From an uncultured bacterium (GTDB lineage: Bacteria; Patescibacteriota; Patescibacteriia; SG8-24; DYFX01), in the NCBI GenBank assembly GCA_937900255.1, contig CALCDZ010000004.1, positions 198,391 through 262,390 of the forward strand: a stretch of 64,000 bases of DNA. Direction: 5' to 3'. The notes under the pieces were generated by a model that saw only the letters and a program-made list of their open reading frames with translations, was not told the origin of the DNA and made no database searches. This document shows positions 1 through 9,663 of the stretch, one piece after another; position 1 is the first letter of the stretch, and every line of letters begins with the position of its first letter. The translations under genes and the position numbers were made by a program.

Positions 1-346
1 CGATCGTGCCGTCGAACGGGTCGTCGACGTTGCGGACGGTCGTCGTGACGGTGAAATCGATGCCGTCGCGCGTGAGGGTCTGGACATGGGGAATCGAGCC
101 GTCCGGCAAGCCCGAGACGATGCCGACGTTCGCGTACGGAAGGTTACGCACGATCTCGACCTGTTCTTCCGCCAACGCGGTCGCCGTGAGCTTCAGGCGG
201 TTGGATTGCACGGCCCGGAACAGGGCGACGAACGTCTGGTAGATGCTGAAGGCGACGACGGCGAAAACGGCCACGCCGACGACGGTCTCCATGAGGCTGA
301 AGGCGTGGGATGGACGGCGCGCTGGAACGCGGGCGGGAAAGGTCAT
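1..346 (-). CDS. Prepilin-type N-terminal cleavage/methylation domain protein (minor pilin-like), 3' end beyond window edge
   Basis: Manual translation MTFPARVPARRPSHA|FSLMETVVGVAVFAVVAFSIYQ...; class III signal (F+1, E+5, hydrophobic helix); follows pilMNO; absent from ORF track. Confidence 0.85.
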   Translation of the reverse strand, partial: MTFPARVPARRPSHAFSLMETVVGVAVFAVVAFSIYQTFVALFRAVQSNRLKLTATALAEEQVEIVRNLPYANVGIVSGLPDGSIPHVQTLTRDGIDFTVTTTVRNVDDPFDGTI

Positions 347-350
347 GGGT

Positions 351-641
351 TTACGGCGCGAGGCGGGCGCCCGCAGCCGCGTCGATGGCGAAAGGATTGC
401 GCGAGAGCGCGTCATGGTCAGGCAGCGCGCGGCGTTTTTCGAGGCGCTGGGTCGCGTGGGCGTAGCTCCCTTGGTTGAACGTGATGAGGAGCGCGCCCGT
501 TGGGAGCGTCTTGACCTCGCCGATCAGCAGCGCGCTGAAGGAGAAGTGCATGTATGCCAGGAATCCTGCGAGCAGCGCGAAAAGCAGCGCCGTGAGGACG
601 CGGGCCGTCCCGTGGAGGTCCTTGATGGTCATTTTCCTCAT
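351..641 (-). CDS. Small single-TM protein at the PilP position (RNPF motif)
   Basis: 96 aa, N-terminal TM, C-terminal RNPF like PilP RDPF; 4-nt overlap with pilO. Confidence 0.6.
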   Translation of the reverse strand: MRKMTIKDLHGTARVLTALLFALLAGFLAYMHFSFSALLIGEVKTLPTGALLITFNQGSYAHATQRLEKRRALPDHDALSRNPFAIDAAAGARLAP

Positions 642-1189
642 AGGCCGCGTGGCGGGCGCGCGAAAGCGCCGTGAAGGACGATCGAGACGGGCGTGTCCGG
701 GCCGGATGAGGCGCCCGGCCGCACCGTGAGGTCCGTGAAGACGATGAGGGTCGGAGCGCGCTCAAGTTCGACGATCGTCTGCATCACCTTATGGTAGGGC
801 CCATCCAGGTTCAGTTCGAAGCCGGTGCGGATCTCGCCGGCTCCCGGCAGGGAGGCTTCGGTCAGGCGCAGGCGTTCGGCGACGGCGTTCCGGCCCGCGA
901 TGCCTTCGATCTCGGTGATGAAATCCAGCTCCTTGCCTTCGGGGACGAACTGCGATCCGAGTGTCGCCAAGGTCTTGCGGACCTTTTCGGCGTCGGAGGC
1001 GCTCGAAAGCAGCTTCTTCCTGTTTTCGTACTGCGCCTGGAGATCGGTCTGGGCCCGGGCGGTCTTTTCTCCGAGAGCGCGGAGTTCCGAGAGCGTCGGC
1101 GCGATCAGGAAACCGATCACGGCGCCGACCGCTACGAGGCCGGCGAACGTCAGGCCGAAGACGGCGATGGATGCGTGTCGTATCGTCAT
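638..1189 (-). CDS. pilO: Type IV pilus assembly protein PilO
   Basis: N-terminal TM, coiled coil, C-terminal GPYHKVMQTIVELERAPTLI pattern; synteny after pilM-pilN. Confidence 0.8.
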   Translation of the reverse strand: MTIRHASIAVFGLTFAGLVAVGAVIGFLIAPTLSELRALGEKTARAQTDLQAQYENRKKLLSSASDAEKVRKTLATLGSQFVPEGKELDFITEIEGIAGRNAVAERLRLTEASLPGAGEIRTGFELNLDGPYHKVMQTIVELERAPTLIVFTDLTVRPGASSGPDTPVSIVLHGAFARPPRGL

Positions 1190-1743
1190 GGGGTTTGCGG
1201 CTGAAGGGTGGCGCGGACCGCGTTGCCGTCGACCACCGCCTCGAAGCGGAAGGAGATGTCCGTCTTCTGGAAAAGGTTCGAGATGGGGGAATCGAAGCTC
1301 TTCACGTACGGAGAGCCGCGGAAGATCCCCTCGTACGCCAAGAGGGCCTTCCGGTCCACGGCGCTTCCGCCGATCTGCAACGCGCCGGTCTTCGCGTTCA
1401 AGTTGAAGCTGGTCACGATGATGCCGTTCGGCGCACCCGCGGCCAGCGCTTCGACGACGGTCGAGACCGGATACGCCATCTTCTCGAGCGCCTCGATGCG
1501 GACGATCGCGTCGTTCTGCTGGCGCGTACGCTCGTTGATGGCCGCGTACTGGGAGGACAGCAGCTGTCGGGAGAGCACGTCGGCAAGGTTCTTCTTCATC
1601 TGGATCTTCACCAGGTACGTCAAAGCGCCGCTCGCAAGCGTCATGGCGATGAGGCTGATCATCAGGCGCTCCAGGACCGCATGGCGCACCCTGGCGAGCA
1701 GGGCCTCCTTTTGGGCGGGCGCGAGCAGGTTCAGGCTGATCAT
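1186..1743 (-). CDS. pilN: Type IV pilus assembly protein PilN
   Basis: Start MISLNLLAP (INLLP-like PilM-binding motif), TM, coiled coil; start moved to 1743 (4-nt overlap with pilM). Confidence 0.82.
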   Translation of the reverse strand: MISLNLLAPAQKEALLARVRHAVLERLMISLIAMTLASGALTYLVKIQMKKNLADVLSRQLLSSQYAAINERTRQQNDAIVRIEALEKMAYPVSTVVEALAAGAPNGIIVTSFNLNAKTGALQIGGSAVDRKALLAYEGIFRGSPYVKSFDSPISNLFQKTDISFRFEAVVDGNAVRATLQPQTP

Positions 1744-2840
1744 GGTTTCTTTTTGACGGCGCGTTTGTCGATTTTCTGGCGGAGGGCCAGACCGATCGCC
1801 GTCGTCGAGCTCAGGATGATTTCCGGAGGCAGCGGGAACGCGCCGGCCTCGACGTTGGCCCATGGATCGGCCCGGCGCACGGTGACCTTGGTGAGTTCGG
1901 AAAGCAGCTCGTCCATGCGCTCCATGTTCGCGCCGCCGCCGCACAGCACGATCTCGTCGAGCGGCCTTCCTTCCCGGAAGTGGTCGCGATAGAACGCCAC
2001 CGCGTCGAGGATGCGCCCGGACATTTCGCTCAGGAACGGTTCCATGACGGTCCAGAGGGCCGTGCCGCACTTGTGCGCGTCGACTCCGCATTCGCGTTTC
2101 GTGCGCTCGGCTTCCTGCAGGTCGACCTTCAGCGCTTCGGCGATGCGGCGCGTCACGGCATCTCCTGAAACGGGGATGCTGACGGTGAATTGGATCGTGC
2201 CGCGGTCGTAGACGATCAGGCTCGAACGGGTCGCGCCGAAGTCGACGATGCCGACGGCTTTCCCGCCATCTCCGCCTGCCGGCACCACGCTGCGGACGAT
2301 CGCCTGGGCTTCTATCTCGTAGGCCACGGGCACGAACCCGGTCGTTTCCAGGGTCGCGGAATAGCCGTCGACGATGGATTTCGGCGCGGCGGCGATCGTC
2401 ACGGCCATCGGCTTGCCGACCGGGACCGCGTCAGCCCCATCCAACGCCTGCCAGTCGATGTACAGCTCGCTCAGAGGCATCGGGATGTGCAGCTCGGCCT
2501 CCGTCAGGACCGCTTTGGCGGTCATTTCCGGCTTTTCAGGCTTCGCGATGCTGATCACCTTGATGAACGTCCGGGTTTCGGGCAGGGAGATGACCGCGCC
2601 GCGCGTGGTCGATCGCCCGAACGCTTTCTTCATCAGGGCACGGAGCCGTTCGGCGATCAGGTCGGGCTTCTTGAACTCTCCCGCGACGATCAGGCCGTCC
2701 GGGATGCGCTCTTCGGTATACCGATGCAGCCGCAACGTGCGGCGCATGAAGCCGCTGCGCCGGATCTCCACCAATCGGAAGACATGCTCCGAAAGGTCGA
2801 GTCCGACGACATGGTTTGTGGGGTCGTTGAAGAGGAGCAT
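1740..2840 (-). CDS. pilM: Type IV pilus assembly protein PilM
   Basis: Actin-like motifs VGLDLS, VDFGATRS, LCGGGA; EAELHIPMPLSELYIDW. Confidence 0.92.
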   Translation of the reverse strand: MLLFNDPTNHVVGLDLSEHVFRLVEIRRSGFMRRTLRLHRYTEERIPDGLIVAGEFKKPDLIAERLRALMKKAFGRSTTRGAVISLPETRTFIKVISIAKPEKPEMTAKAVLTEAELHIPMPLSELYIDWQALDGADAVPVGKPMAVTIAAAPKSIVDGYSATLETTGFVPVAYEIEAQAIVRSVVPAGGDGGKAVGIVDFGATRSSLIVYDRGTIQFTVSIPVSGDAVTRRIAEALKVDLQEAERTKRECGVDAHKCGTALWTVMEPFLSEMSGRILDAVAFYRDHFREGRPLDEIVLCGGGANMERMDELLSELTKVTVRRADPWANVEAGAFPLPPEIILSSTTAIGLALRQKIDKRAVKKKP

Positions 2841-2907
2841 GATGGCTTGAACGTCTTCTTCGCTGCCCCTATTTTATCCTATCCGTGCCGGATGCGCCAA
2901 CCGGACG

Positions 2908-4002
2908 TCACTGGCCGAACTTCGTGGTCAGCGCGTAGATCGGCGTGATGATGGCGAGGGCGATGCCTCCGACCGCCGCTCCGAGGAAGATGATCAGGAT
3001 CGGCTCGATGATCGAGGAAAGGTTGCCCATGATCTGGTCGACCTGCTTCTCGTAGAAATCGGCGATCTCCTCGAGCATCTCGTCGATGGTGCCCGCGCGC
3101 TCGCCGACGGCGATCATCTGCACGACCAGCGGAGGGAAGAGCTTGGGAGAACGGTCGAGCACCTGCGAGATCGTCTCGCCCTTCTTGATGGATTCGGCCA
3201 TCCCCATGCAGGCGTCGTGATAGTGGACGTTCCGGACGATGTCGGAGGTGATGGTCAGGGCCTGGACGATGGCGATGTCGGTGCGGAGCAGGGCGGAAAG
3301 GGTGCGCGTGAAGCGCGCGAGGTTGATCTTCTTGACGATCGGTCCGATGATCGGCATCCCGAGGACGATCCGGTGCCAGAGATCCTTGCCGAAAGGGCGC
3401 TTGATGAACCAGAGGAATCCGGAAATCAGGCCGAAGGCGCCGATCAGGGCGAACGGCCAGTCGTGCTTGAAGAAGTCGGTGACGGCGATCAGGATCCTGG
3501 TCGGCAGCGGCAAGTCTTGGGAACCCATCTCGTCGAAGATCGAGAGGATCTGCGGGACGACGAAGATCATCATGCCGATGCCGATCAGGACCGTCGCCGA
3601 AAGGATGACCAGCGGGTACGTCATCGCGCCCTTGACTTTCGAGACCAGGTCGTAATCCTTCCGCATCTGCACGGTGAGCTGCTCGAGCGTCCTCTCGAGC
3701 GTGCCGGAGACCTCTCCGGCGGAAATCATGTTGATGAAGATCGGTTCGAACAATCGGTCATGCTTGGCGAGCGCCTGCGAGAGGCTCAATCCTTTCTCGA
3801 CGTCGGCTCGGAGCTCCTCGATGACGGCCTTGAAGCCTTTCTGCTCCGTCTGCAAGGCGAGCGTCCGCAGCGCTTCGGTCAGCGACAAGCCGGCCTTGAT
3901 CATCACGCGCAAGTTCTCGGTGAAGAAGATCTTCTGCGGGAGCTTGACCCGAAGGAAACGTCGGGAGAGGCCGTTCAGGGTTTCTTTGAGGTCTTGGGAC
4001 AT
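2908..4002 (-). CDS. pilC: Type IV pilus platform protein PilC (GspF family)
   Basis: Two T2SSF repeats (AGEVSGTL, VGERAGTI), AMTYP, IEPILI. Confidence 0.95.
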   Translation of the reverse strand: MSQDLKETLNGLSRRFLRVKLPQKIFFTENLRVMIKAGLSLTEALRTLALQTEQKGFKAVIEELRADVEKGLSLSQALAKHDRLFEPIFINMISAGEVSGTLERTLEQLTVQMRKDYDLVSKVKGAMTYPLVILSATVLIGIGMMIFVVPQILSIFDEMGSQDLPLPTRILIAVTDFFKHDWPFALIGAFGLISGFLWFIKRPFGKDLWHRIVLGMPIIGPIVKKINLARFTRTLSALLRTDIAIVQALTITSDIVRNVHYHDACMGMAESIKKGETISQVLDRSPKLFPPLVVQMIAVGERAGTIDEMLEEIADFYEKQVDQIMGNLSSIIEPILIIFLGAAVGGIALAIITPIYALTTKFGQ

Positions 4003-4006
4003 GTGA

Positions 4007-5728
4007 TCATTCTTTGGTGACGCGCATGATCTCTTCGAGCGTGGTGACGCCTTGGACGGCCTTGGCGAAACCGTCCACCACGATCGAGATCATGCCGTCC
4101 TTTTCCGCCGCCGCCATGATGTCCGCGCTGGGGGCATCCTTGTTGATCAGCTCCTGGATCGGCCTCGTGATCTCCAGCACTTCATAGATGCCCTGCCGCC
4201 CCTTGTACCCCTCGTTATTGCACTGCTTGCAGCCGGTGCCGTGGTAAAAATCGACCTTGTCGAGCGTCTGCCCTTTGGGGATGAACCCGTTGCGGGAAAG
4301 GTCGTCGGTCAGCTTGTCCAGGTCGTAGAGCTCTCCCAGCTCCTTGAGCTGCTGTTTCGCCAGCTTGTACGGCTGCGGGCAGTTCTTGCAGATCTTCCGG
4401 ACCAGGCGCTGCGCGACGATCATGTTGGCCGTGAAGGCCACGAGGAAGCGCGGCACGCCCATGTCGATCAGGCGGGGGAGAGACGTGACCGCGTCGTTGG
4501 TGTGGAGCGTGGCGAAGACCAGGTGGCCGGTCATGGCGGCATTGGTGGCGATCTCGGCCGTCTCGCCGTCGCGGATCTCTCCGACCATGATGATGTTCGG
4601 GTCCTGCCGCAGCAGGGTGCGGAGGCCGATGGCGAAAGTGAAGCCGATCTTGGAATTGACCTGCGACTGGTTCACGCCGTTCATGCGGTATTCGACCGGA
4701 TCCTCGATCGTCGAGATGTTGACGCCGGGGGTGTTGCGCAGCGAGAGCACCGAGTAGAGCGTCGTGGTCTTGCCCGAGCCGGTCGGTCCCGTCACGAAGA
4801 CGATGCCGTGCGGCTTCATGATGTTGCGCTTCACCACCTCGAGGTCTTGGGCGTTGAAGCCGAGCTGTTCGAGCGTGAGCGCCGAGGCGGTCTCGGAAAG
4901 GAGGCGCATGACGATCTTTTCTCCGTCCATGACGGGCAGCGTCGAGACGCGGACGGAATACTTGTAGCTCGGGCCGCTGATCTTCATGCGGCCGTCCTGC
5001 GGCAGGCGGTGCTCGTCGAGTTTCAGATTGGAGAGCACCTTGATGCGGGCGGTCACGCCGGCCTGCGCGTTCTTCGGCAGCGTCATCACGTTGCGCAGGA
5101 TGCCGTCCACGCGGTACCGCACGGCCAGGTCCTGTTCGGTCGGTTCGATGTGGATGTCCGAAGCGCCTTCGAACACGGCGTGCTCGAGCAGCGATTCGAC
5201 GATGCGGACGACCGGCAGGTCCTGGGCCAGTTCGCGCAGCTTCTGCTGGTCGGTCTCTTCGCCGACGCCGGTGGATTTGGCGATGTCCTCGAACTCGGCC
5301 TTGAGCGACCGCTTGTACTGCTTGATGATCTCGTGGAGCGAGGCTGGCGTCGTGACATGGACATCGACCTCAAGCCCGGTCTTGTGCCTGAGGAACTCGA
5401 CGGTCTGAAGGTCTTCCGGGTCGAGCGCGGCGACTTTGAGGATCCCGTCGCCTTTGTCGAAGGGCACGATCTCGTGCGTCGTCGCGATCGGTTCCGGCAC
5501 CAGGTCGAGGAAGTCCTTCCGTACCTGGACGCCCTTGAGGTCGACGAACTGCACCTTGAAATAGTCCGCCGCGAGGCGATAGAGCGTCTCTTCGGGCATC
5601 TTCTCGAGCAGATGCTCTTCAAGCGCGGTCTTCTTCGTCTTGGCTTCGGCCGCAAGGTCCTTGATCTCCGCGGGCTTCAGGGTGCCTGCCGCCAGGAGGA
5701 TTTTCTGCAGAAGGGCGTCGCTGTACAT
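4007..5728 (-). CDS. pilB: Type IV pilus assembly ATPase PilB (GspE/PulE family)
   Basis: ASDIHIEP, RLPQDGR, Walker A GPTGSGKTT, LRQDPNIIMVGEIRD, TLHTND, Zn motifs CKNC/CKQC; start chosen at MYSDALL. Confidence 0.96.
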   Translation of the reverse strand: MYSDALLQKILLAAGTLKPAEIKDLAAEAKTKKTALEEHLLEKMPEETLYRLAADYFKVQFVDLKGVQVRKDFLDLVPEPIATTHEIVPFDKGDGILKVAALDPEDLQTVEFLRHKTGLEVDVHVTTPASLHEIIKQYKRSLKAEFEDIAKSTGVGEETDQQKLRELAQDLPVVRIVESLLEHAVFEGASDIHIEPTEQDLAVRYRVDGILRNVMTLPKNAQAGVTARIKVLSNLKLDEHRLPQDGRMKISGPSYKYSVRVSTLPVMDGEKIVMRLLSETASALTLEQLGFNAQDLEVVKRNIMKPHGIVFVTGPTGSGKTTTLYSVLSLRNTPGVNISTIEDPVEYRMNGVNQSQVNSKIGFTFAIGLRTLLRQDPNIIMVGEIRDGETAEIATNAAMTGHLVFATLHTNDAVTSLPRLIDMGVPRFLVAFTANMIVAQRLVRKICKNCPQPYKLAKQQLKELGELYDLDKLTDDLSRNGFIPKGQTLDKVDFYHGTGCKQCNNEGYKGRQGIYEVLEITRPIQELINKDAPSADIMAAAEKDGMISIVVDGFAKAVQGVTTLEEIMRVTKE

Positions 5729-5814
5729 ACGTCCGGAAGTATACCGCATCCGGGACGATGACGGCAGGGCGGCGCGCTTGCCCGACACGGCGGTCGGGGT
5801 TACACTGGATGCCT

Positions 5815-6192
5815 ATGTTCGAACGCTTCTTCGGGCGCTATCGTCTGCTGGCACGTGAGGCGCGTTTCGTCCGCGTCTCCCTGCTCTTGTCAGCCGGACT
5901 GAACCTGCTCGCTTGGGTCCTGGCGGCCTGGTTCGCGCTGCCGCGCCTCAAGACCAGCCCGTTCTTCGCTCTCCATTACACCGTCTACTTCGGCGTCGAC
6001 CAGATCGGCGCGCCGTGGCGGCTGCTGTTCCTGCCGTTGCTTGGATCTCTGGTCCTGGGAGCTAACGCCGCTTTGGCCATGCGCCTGCACCGCGGCGAAC
6101 GGCTCGCGTCCGCCTTTCTCGGCGCGGTGACCTTGCTGCTCGAGGCGTTGCTGCTCCTCGTCACGTTCCTGACGGTCTTGCTGAACATCTAG
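5815..6192 (+). CDS. Conserved 3-TM membrane protein (LHYTVYFGVD motif)
   Basis: Hydrophobic ORF directly upstream of mraY; TACACT -10-like box 8 nt before ATG. Confidence 0.7.
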   Translation: MFERFFGRYRLLAREARFVRVSLLLSAGLNLLAWVLAAWFALPRLKTSPFFALHYTVYFGVDQIGAPWRLLFLPLLGSLVLGANAALAMRLHRGERLASAFLGAVTLLLEALLLLVTFLTVLLNI

Positions 6193-6200
6193 CGTCTCCC

Positions 6201-7235
6201 ATGAATCCCGCCATCGCCGTCCTCATCGCCGCCGCCTCCGCGTTCGGCGTCGCCATGTTCGCGACTCCGGCCGTCACGCGGTTGCTCAAGTTCCTGAAGC
6301 TCGGCAAGCAGATCCGCAGCGAATCGAGCGCCCCTATCTTCTCCAAACTGCATGCCGCCAAGAGCGGGACGCCGACCATGGGCGGGATCCTGATCTGGGG
6401 CGCGGTCTTGGCCGTCGCGTTCGGGTTTTCCCTCGCTGCCAACGTGCTCCGCGTCGATCCGTGGGTCTCGCTCAATTTCATTTCGCGGCGCGAGACGCTC
6501 CTGCCGATGGCGGCCCTCTTCTTTTCGGCCATCGTCGGCCTGGTCGACGATTACCTGAACGTCCGCAAGATCGGCGCGCATGGCGGGGGACTGAAGGTCT
6601 GGCATCGCCTGTTGTCGTACTCGGTGATCGCCGTGGCGGCGGCGTGGTGGTTCTACGTGCGCCTGGAATGGGACGTCCTGCGCGTGCCGTTCTTCGGTAC
6701 GGTCCACGTCGGCCCGTGGATGATCCCGATCTTCATCTTCATCATCATCGCCACCGCATTTTCGGTGAACGAGACCGACGGGCTCGATGGCCTGGCCGCC
6801 GGAACGCTGCTCACGGCCTTCAGCATCTACGGAGCCATCGCGTTCTTCCAAGGCAAGACGGACCTGACGGCGTTCTGCGGCGCGATCGTCGGCGCGCTCC
6901 TGGCGTTCCTGTGGTTCAACATCAATCCCGCGCGTTTCTTCATGGGCGATACGGGCGCCATGTCGCTCGGCGTGACGCTCGGGATCGTCGCCATGCTGAC
7001 GAACAGCCTGCTGCTCCTGCCGATCGTCGGTTCGGTCTTCATGCTCGAATCCGTCTCCGTCATCATCCAGGTCGCGTCCAAGAAGATCCGCAAGAAAAAA
7101 GTCTTCCTATCGGCGCCCATCCATCACCACTTCGAGGCCAAGGGCTGGAGCGAAGCCACGATCGTGATGCGCCTGTGGGTCATCTCGGCCGTGAGCGGCG
7201 TGCTAGGCCTCATCATCGCGCTGCTCGACCGATGA
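6201..7235 (+). CDS. mraY: Phospho-N-acetylmuramoyl-pentapeptide transferase
   Basis: KSGTPTMGG, VDD, NETDGLDGL, FMGDTG, APIHHHFE motifs. Confidence 0.97.
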   Translation: MNPAIAVLIAAASAFGVAMFATPAVTRLLKFLKLGKQIRSESSAPIFSKLHAAKSGTPTMGGILIWGAVLAVAFGFSLAANVLRVDPWVSLNFISRRETLLPMAALFFSAIVGLVDDYLNVRKIGAHGGGLKVWHRLLSYSVIAVAAAWWFYVRLEWDVLRVPFFGTVHVGPWMIPIFIFIIIATAFSVNETDGLDGLAAGTLLTAFSIYGAIAFFQGKTDLTAFCGAIVGALLAFLWFNINPARFFMGDTGAMSLGVTLGIVAMLTNSLLLLPIVGSVFMLESVSVIIQVASKKIRKKKVFLSAPIHHHFEAKGWSEATIVMRLWVISAVSGVLGLIIALLDR

Positions 7236-7310
7236 ATGGTCCGGTCCCGCGTGGGCCGGTTTTCGTTTCCCCGAATCTGTTACAATAATCGGGAAGTAAC
7301 CCCCCACCTT

Positions 7311-9653
7311 ATGGCTGATCCGATCCTGGACTCCCCGCACCCGCCCGAAATGAAGACGCTTCCCGTCATCCCGCTGAAGGACATGGTGGTCTTTCCAGGC
7401 ATCGCGGCGCCTTTGGCCGTACGCCGGGTCCGTTCGATGCGGGCACTGGAAGCCGCTCTCGCGGGAGACCGGCTCGTGCTGTTCGTACCGCAGAAGGATC
7501 AGGCTTCGGGCGATCCTGCGCCGAAAGACCTTTTCGAGATGGGGACGATCGCCCGCGTGCGGGACGCCTCCAAACAGAAGGGGATGACGCGGCTCACGGT
7601 CGAAGGCGTGACGCGCGCCCGCGTCGCCCGGACGTTGTCGGTCGATCCGTACATCAGGGCCGAGGCCGAGGTCGTCCCGAACCCGAAGTTCGAGAAGACG
7701 GAGCGCATCGATGCCGAGGCGGTCAGCCTGCTGAACGCCTTCCGCGAGTGCGCGAACCTCGGCGCCAACGTGCCGTTCGACGTGCTCCTGGTCGTGATGA
7801 ACGTGACGGATCCCTGGCAGCTGTCCGACCTGGTGGCGGTCAACTTGGATTTCAACCTCGAGGAGCGTTACGGCGTGCTGTCCGCGCGCACCATCGAGGA
7901 AAAGCTGGAACGGGCGCGCGCCGGCGTGCAGCGGCAGCTCAAGGTCATGCGGATGGCCCGCGACCTGCAGGCCGAGACCGGAAAGGAGATCGACAAGATG
8001 CAGAAGGAGATGTTCCTGCGCGAGCAGATGAAGACCATCGAGAAGGAACTCGGCCAGATGGCGGGCGGAGGCGCGTCGGAGGCGGAGACGCTCCGCAAGA
8101 GGATCGCGGAGGCCGGCATGCCGGACGAGATCCGCGAGAAGGCGCTCAAGGAGCTGGCGCGCATGCAGGCCATGCCCAGCTTCTCTCCGGAGCTCTCCTA
8201 CATCCGCGGTTATATCGACTGGCTGATCGCCATGCCCTGGTCCGTGCGCGACACCGACGAGATCGGCTTGCGCAAGGCCAAACGCGTGCTCGACGAGGAC
8301 CATTTCGGCTTGGAGAAGGTGAAGGAGCGCATCCTGGATTTCCTCGCCGTCCAGAAGCTGGCCGGCAAGACCCGCGGTTCGATCCTGTGCTTCGTCGGCC
8401 CGCCGGGCACCGGCAAGACCTCCATCGGCAAGTCCATCGCGCGCGCCATGGGCCGCAAGTTCTACCGCATGTCGCTCGGCGGCCTCCGCGACGAGTCCGA
8501 GATCCGCGGACACCGCCGCACCTACGTCGGCGCGCTGCCGGGCCGCATCCTTCAAGGCATCGCTCAGGCGAAGACGCGCAATCCGGTCTTCATGCTCGAC
8601 GAGATCGACAAGGTCGGGAACGACTTCCGCGGCGACCCGACGGCCGCCCTGCTCGAAGCGCTCGATCCGGAACAGAACAACGCCTTCGGCGATCATTACC
8701 TTGAAGCGCCGTTCGACCTGTCGGACGTCTTCTTCATCACGACCGCCAACATGCTCGACACGGTGCCGCCGGCGCTGCGCGACCGCATGGAAGTGATCGA
8801 ATACGCCGGCTACACCGAAGACGAGAAAGTCCGCATCGCGGCCGAATACCTGGTGCCCAAGGCGCAGAAGGAACATGGGCTGGCGGATGTCCGCGTGGAG
8901 ATTCCGGAACAGGCACTGCGCCGCATCGTCCGCGAATACACGCGCGAGGCGGGCGTGCGCGGTTTGGAGCGCTGCGTCACGCAGGTCTTCCGCAAGATCG
9001 CGCGCAAGGTGGCCGAGAGCGGCAGCAAGAGATCCTGGAGCGTCCGTCCGAACGGCGTGCCGACCTATTTGGGCGTGCCGAAATACCGCCAGCAGAGCGC
9101 GGAGAAGAAGGATGCCGTCGGCGTCGTGACCGGCTTGGCGTGGACCGAAGCCGGCGGCGAGATCCTGCCGATCGAGGCGACCCGCATGCCGGGCAAGGGC
9201 CAGCTCATCCTGACCGGTCAGCTCGGCAAGGTCATGCAGGAATCGGCCCAGGCGGCCTATTCCTATGCGCGCGCCAATGCCGGGCGTTTCGGTATCACGG
9301 GCGGCTTCTATAAGGATGAAGACATCCATATCCACGTGCCGCAGGGCGCCATCCCCAAGGACGGGCCGTCGGCCGGCATCGCCATGGCGGCGGCGCTCGT
9401 ATCGCTTTTGACCGGCACGCCGGTCCGGCGGTCGGTGGCCGTGACCGGGGAAGTCACCTTGCGCGGTCATGCCCTGGAGATCGGCGGCGTCAAGGAGAAG
9501 GTGCTGGGCGCCCATCGCGCCGGCATCCGGACGGTCGTGCTGCCCAAGGACAACGAAAAAGATTTGGAGGACATCCCCGCCAACGTGCGCAAGGCGATGA
9601 AGTTCGTCTTCGTCGGCACGGTCGAGCAGGCCCTGCGGGCGTTGTTCTCCTGA
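7311..9653 (+). CDS. lon: ATP-dependent Lon protease
   Basis: LON N-domain, GPPGTGKTS, LDEIDK, PKDGPSAG (catalytic Ser), GGVKEK (Lys). Confidence 0.97.
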   Translation: MADPILDSPHPPEMKTLPVIPLKDMVVFPGIAAPLAVRRVRSMRALEAALAGDRLVLFVPQKDQASGDPAPKDLFEMGTIARVRDASKQKGMTRLTVEGVTRARVARTLSVDPYIRAEAEVVPNPKFEKTERIDAEAVSLLNAFRECANLGANVPFDVLLVVMNVTDPWQLSDLVAVNLDFNLEERYGVLSARTIEEKLERARAGVQRQLKVMRMARDLQAETGKEIDKMQKEMFLREQMKTIEKELGQMAGGGASEAETLRKRIAEAGMPDEIREKALKELARMQAMPSFSPELSYIRGYIDWLIAMPWSVRDTDEIGLRKAKRVLDEDHFGLEKVKERILDFLAVQKLAGKTRGSILCFVGPPGTGKTSIGKSIARAMGRKFYRMSLGGLRDESEIRGHRRTYVGALPGRILQGIAQAKTRNPVFMLDEIDKVGNDFRGDPTAALLEALDPEQNNAFGDHYLEAPFDLSDVFFITTANMLDTVPPALRDRMEVIEYAGYTEDEKVRIAAEYLVPKAQKEHGLADVRVEIPEQALRRIVREYTREAGVRGLERCVTQVFRKIARKVAESGSKRSWSVRPNGVPTYLGVPKYRQQSAEKKDAVGVVTGLAWTEAGGEILPIEATRMPGKGQLILTGQLGKVMQESAQAAYSYARANAGRFGITGGFYKDEDIHIHVPQGAIPKDGPSAGIAMAAALVSLLTGTPVRRSVAVTGEVTLRGHALEIGGVKEKVLGAHRAGIRTVVLPKDNEKDLEDIPANVRKAMKFVFVGTVEQALRALFS

Positions 9654-9663
9654 CATCGATCGT

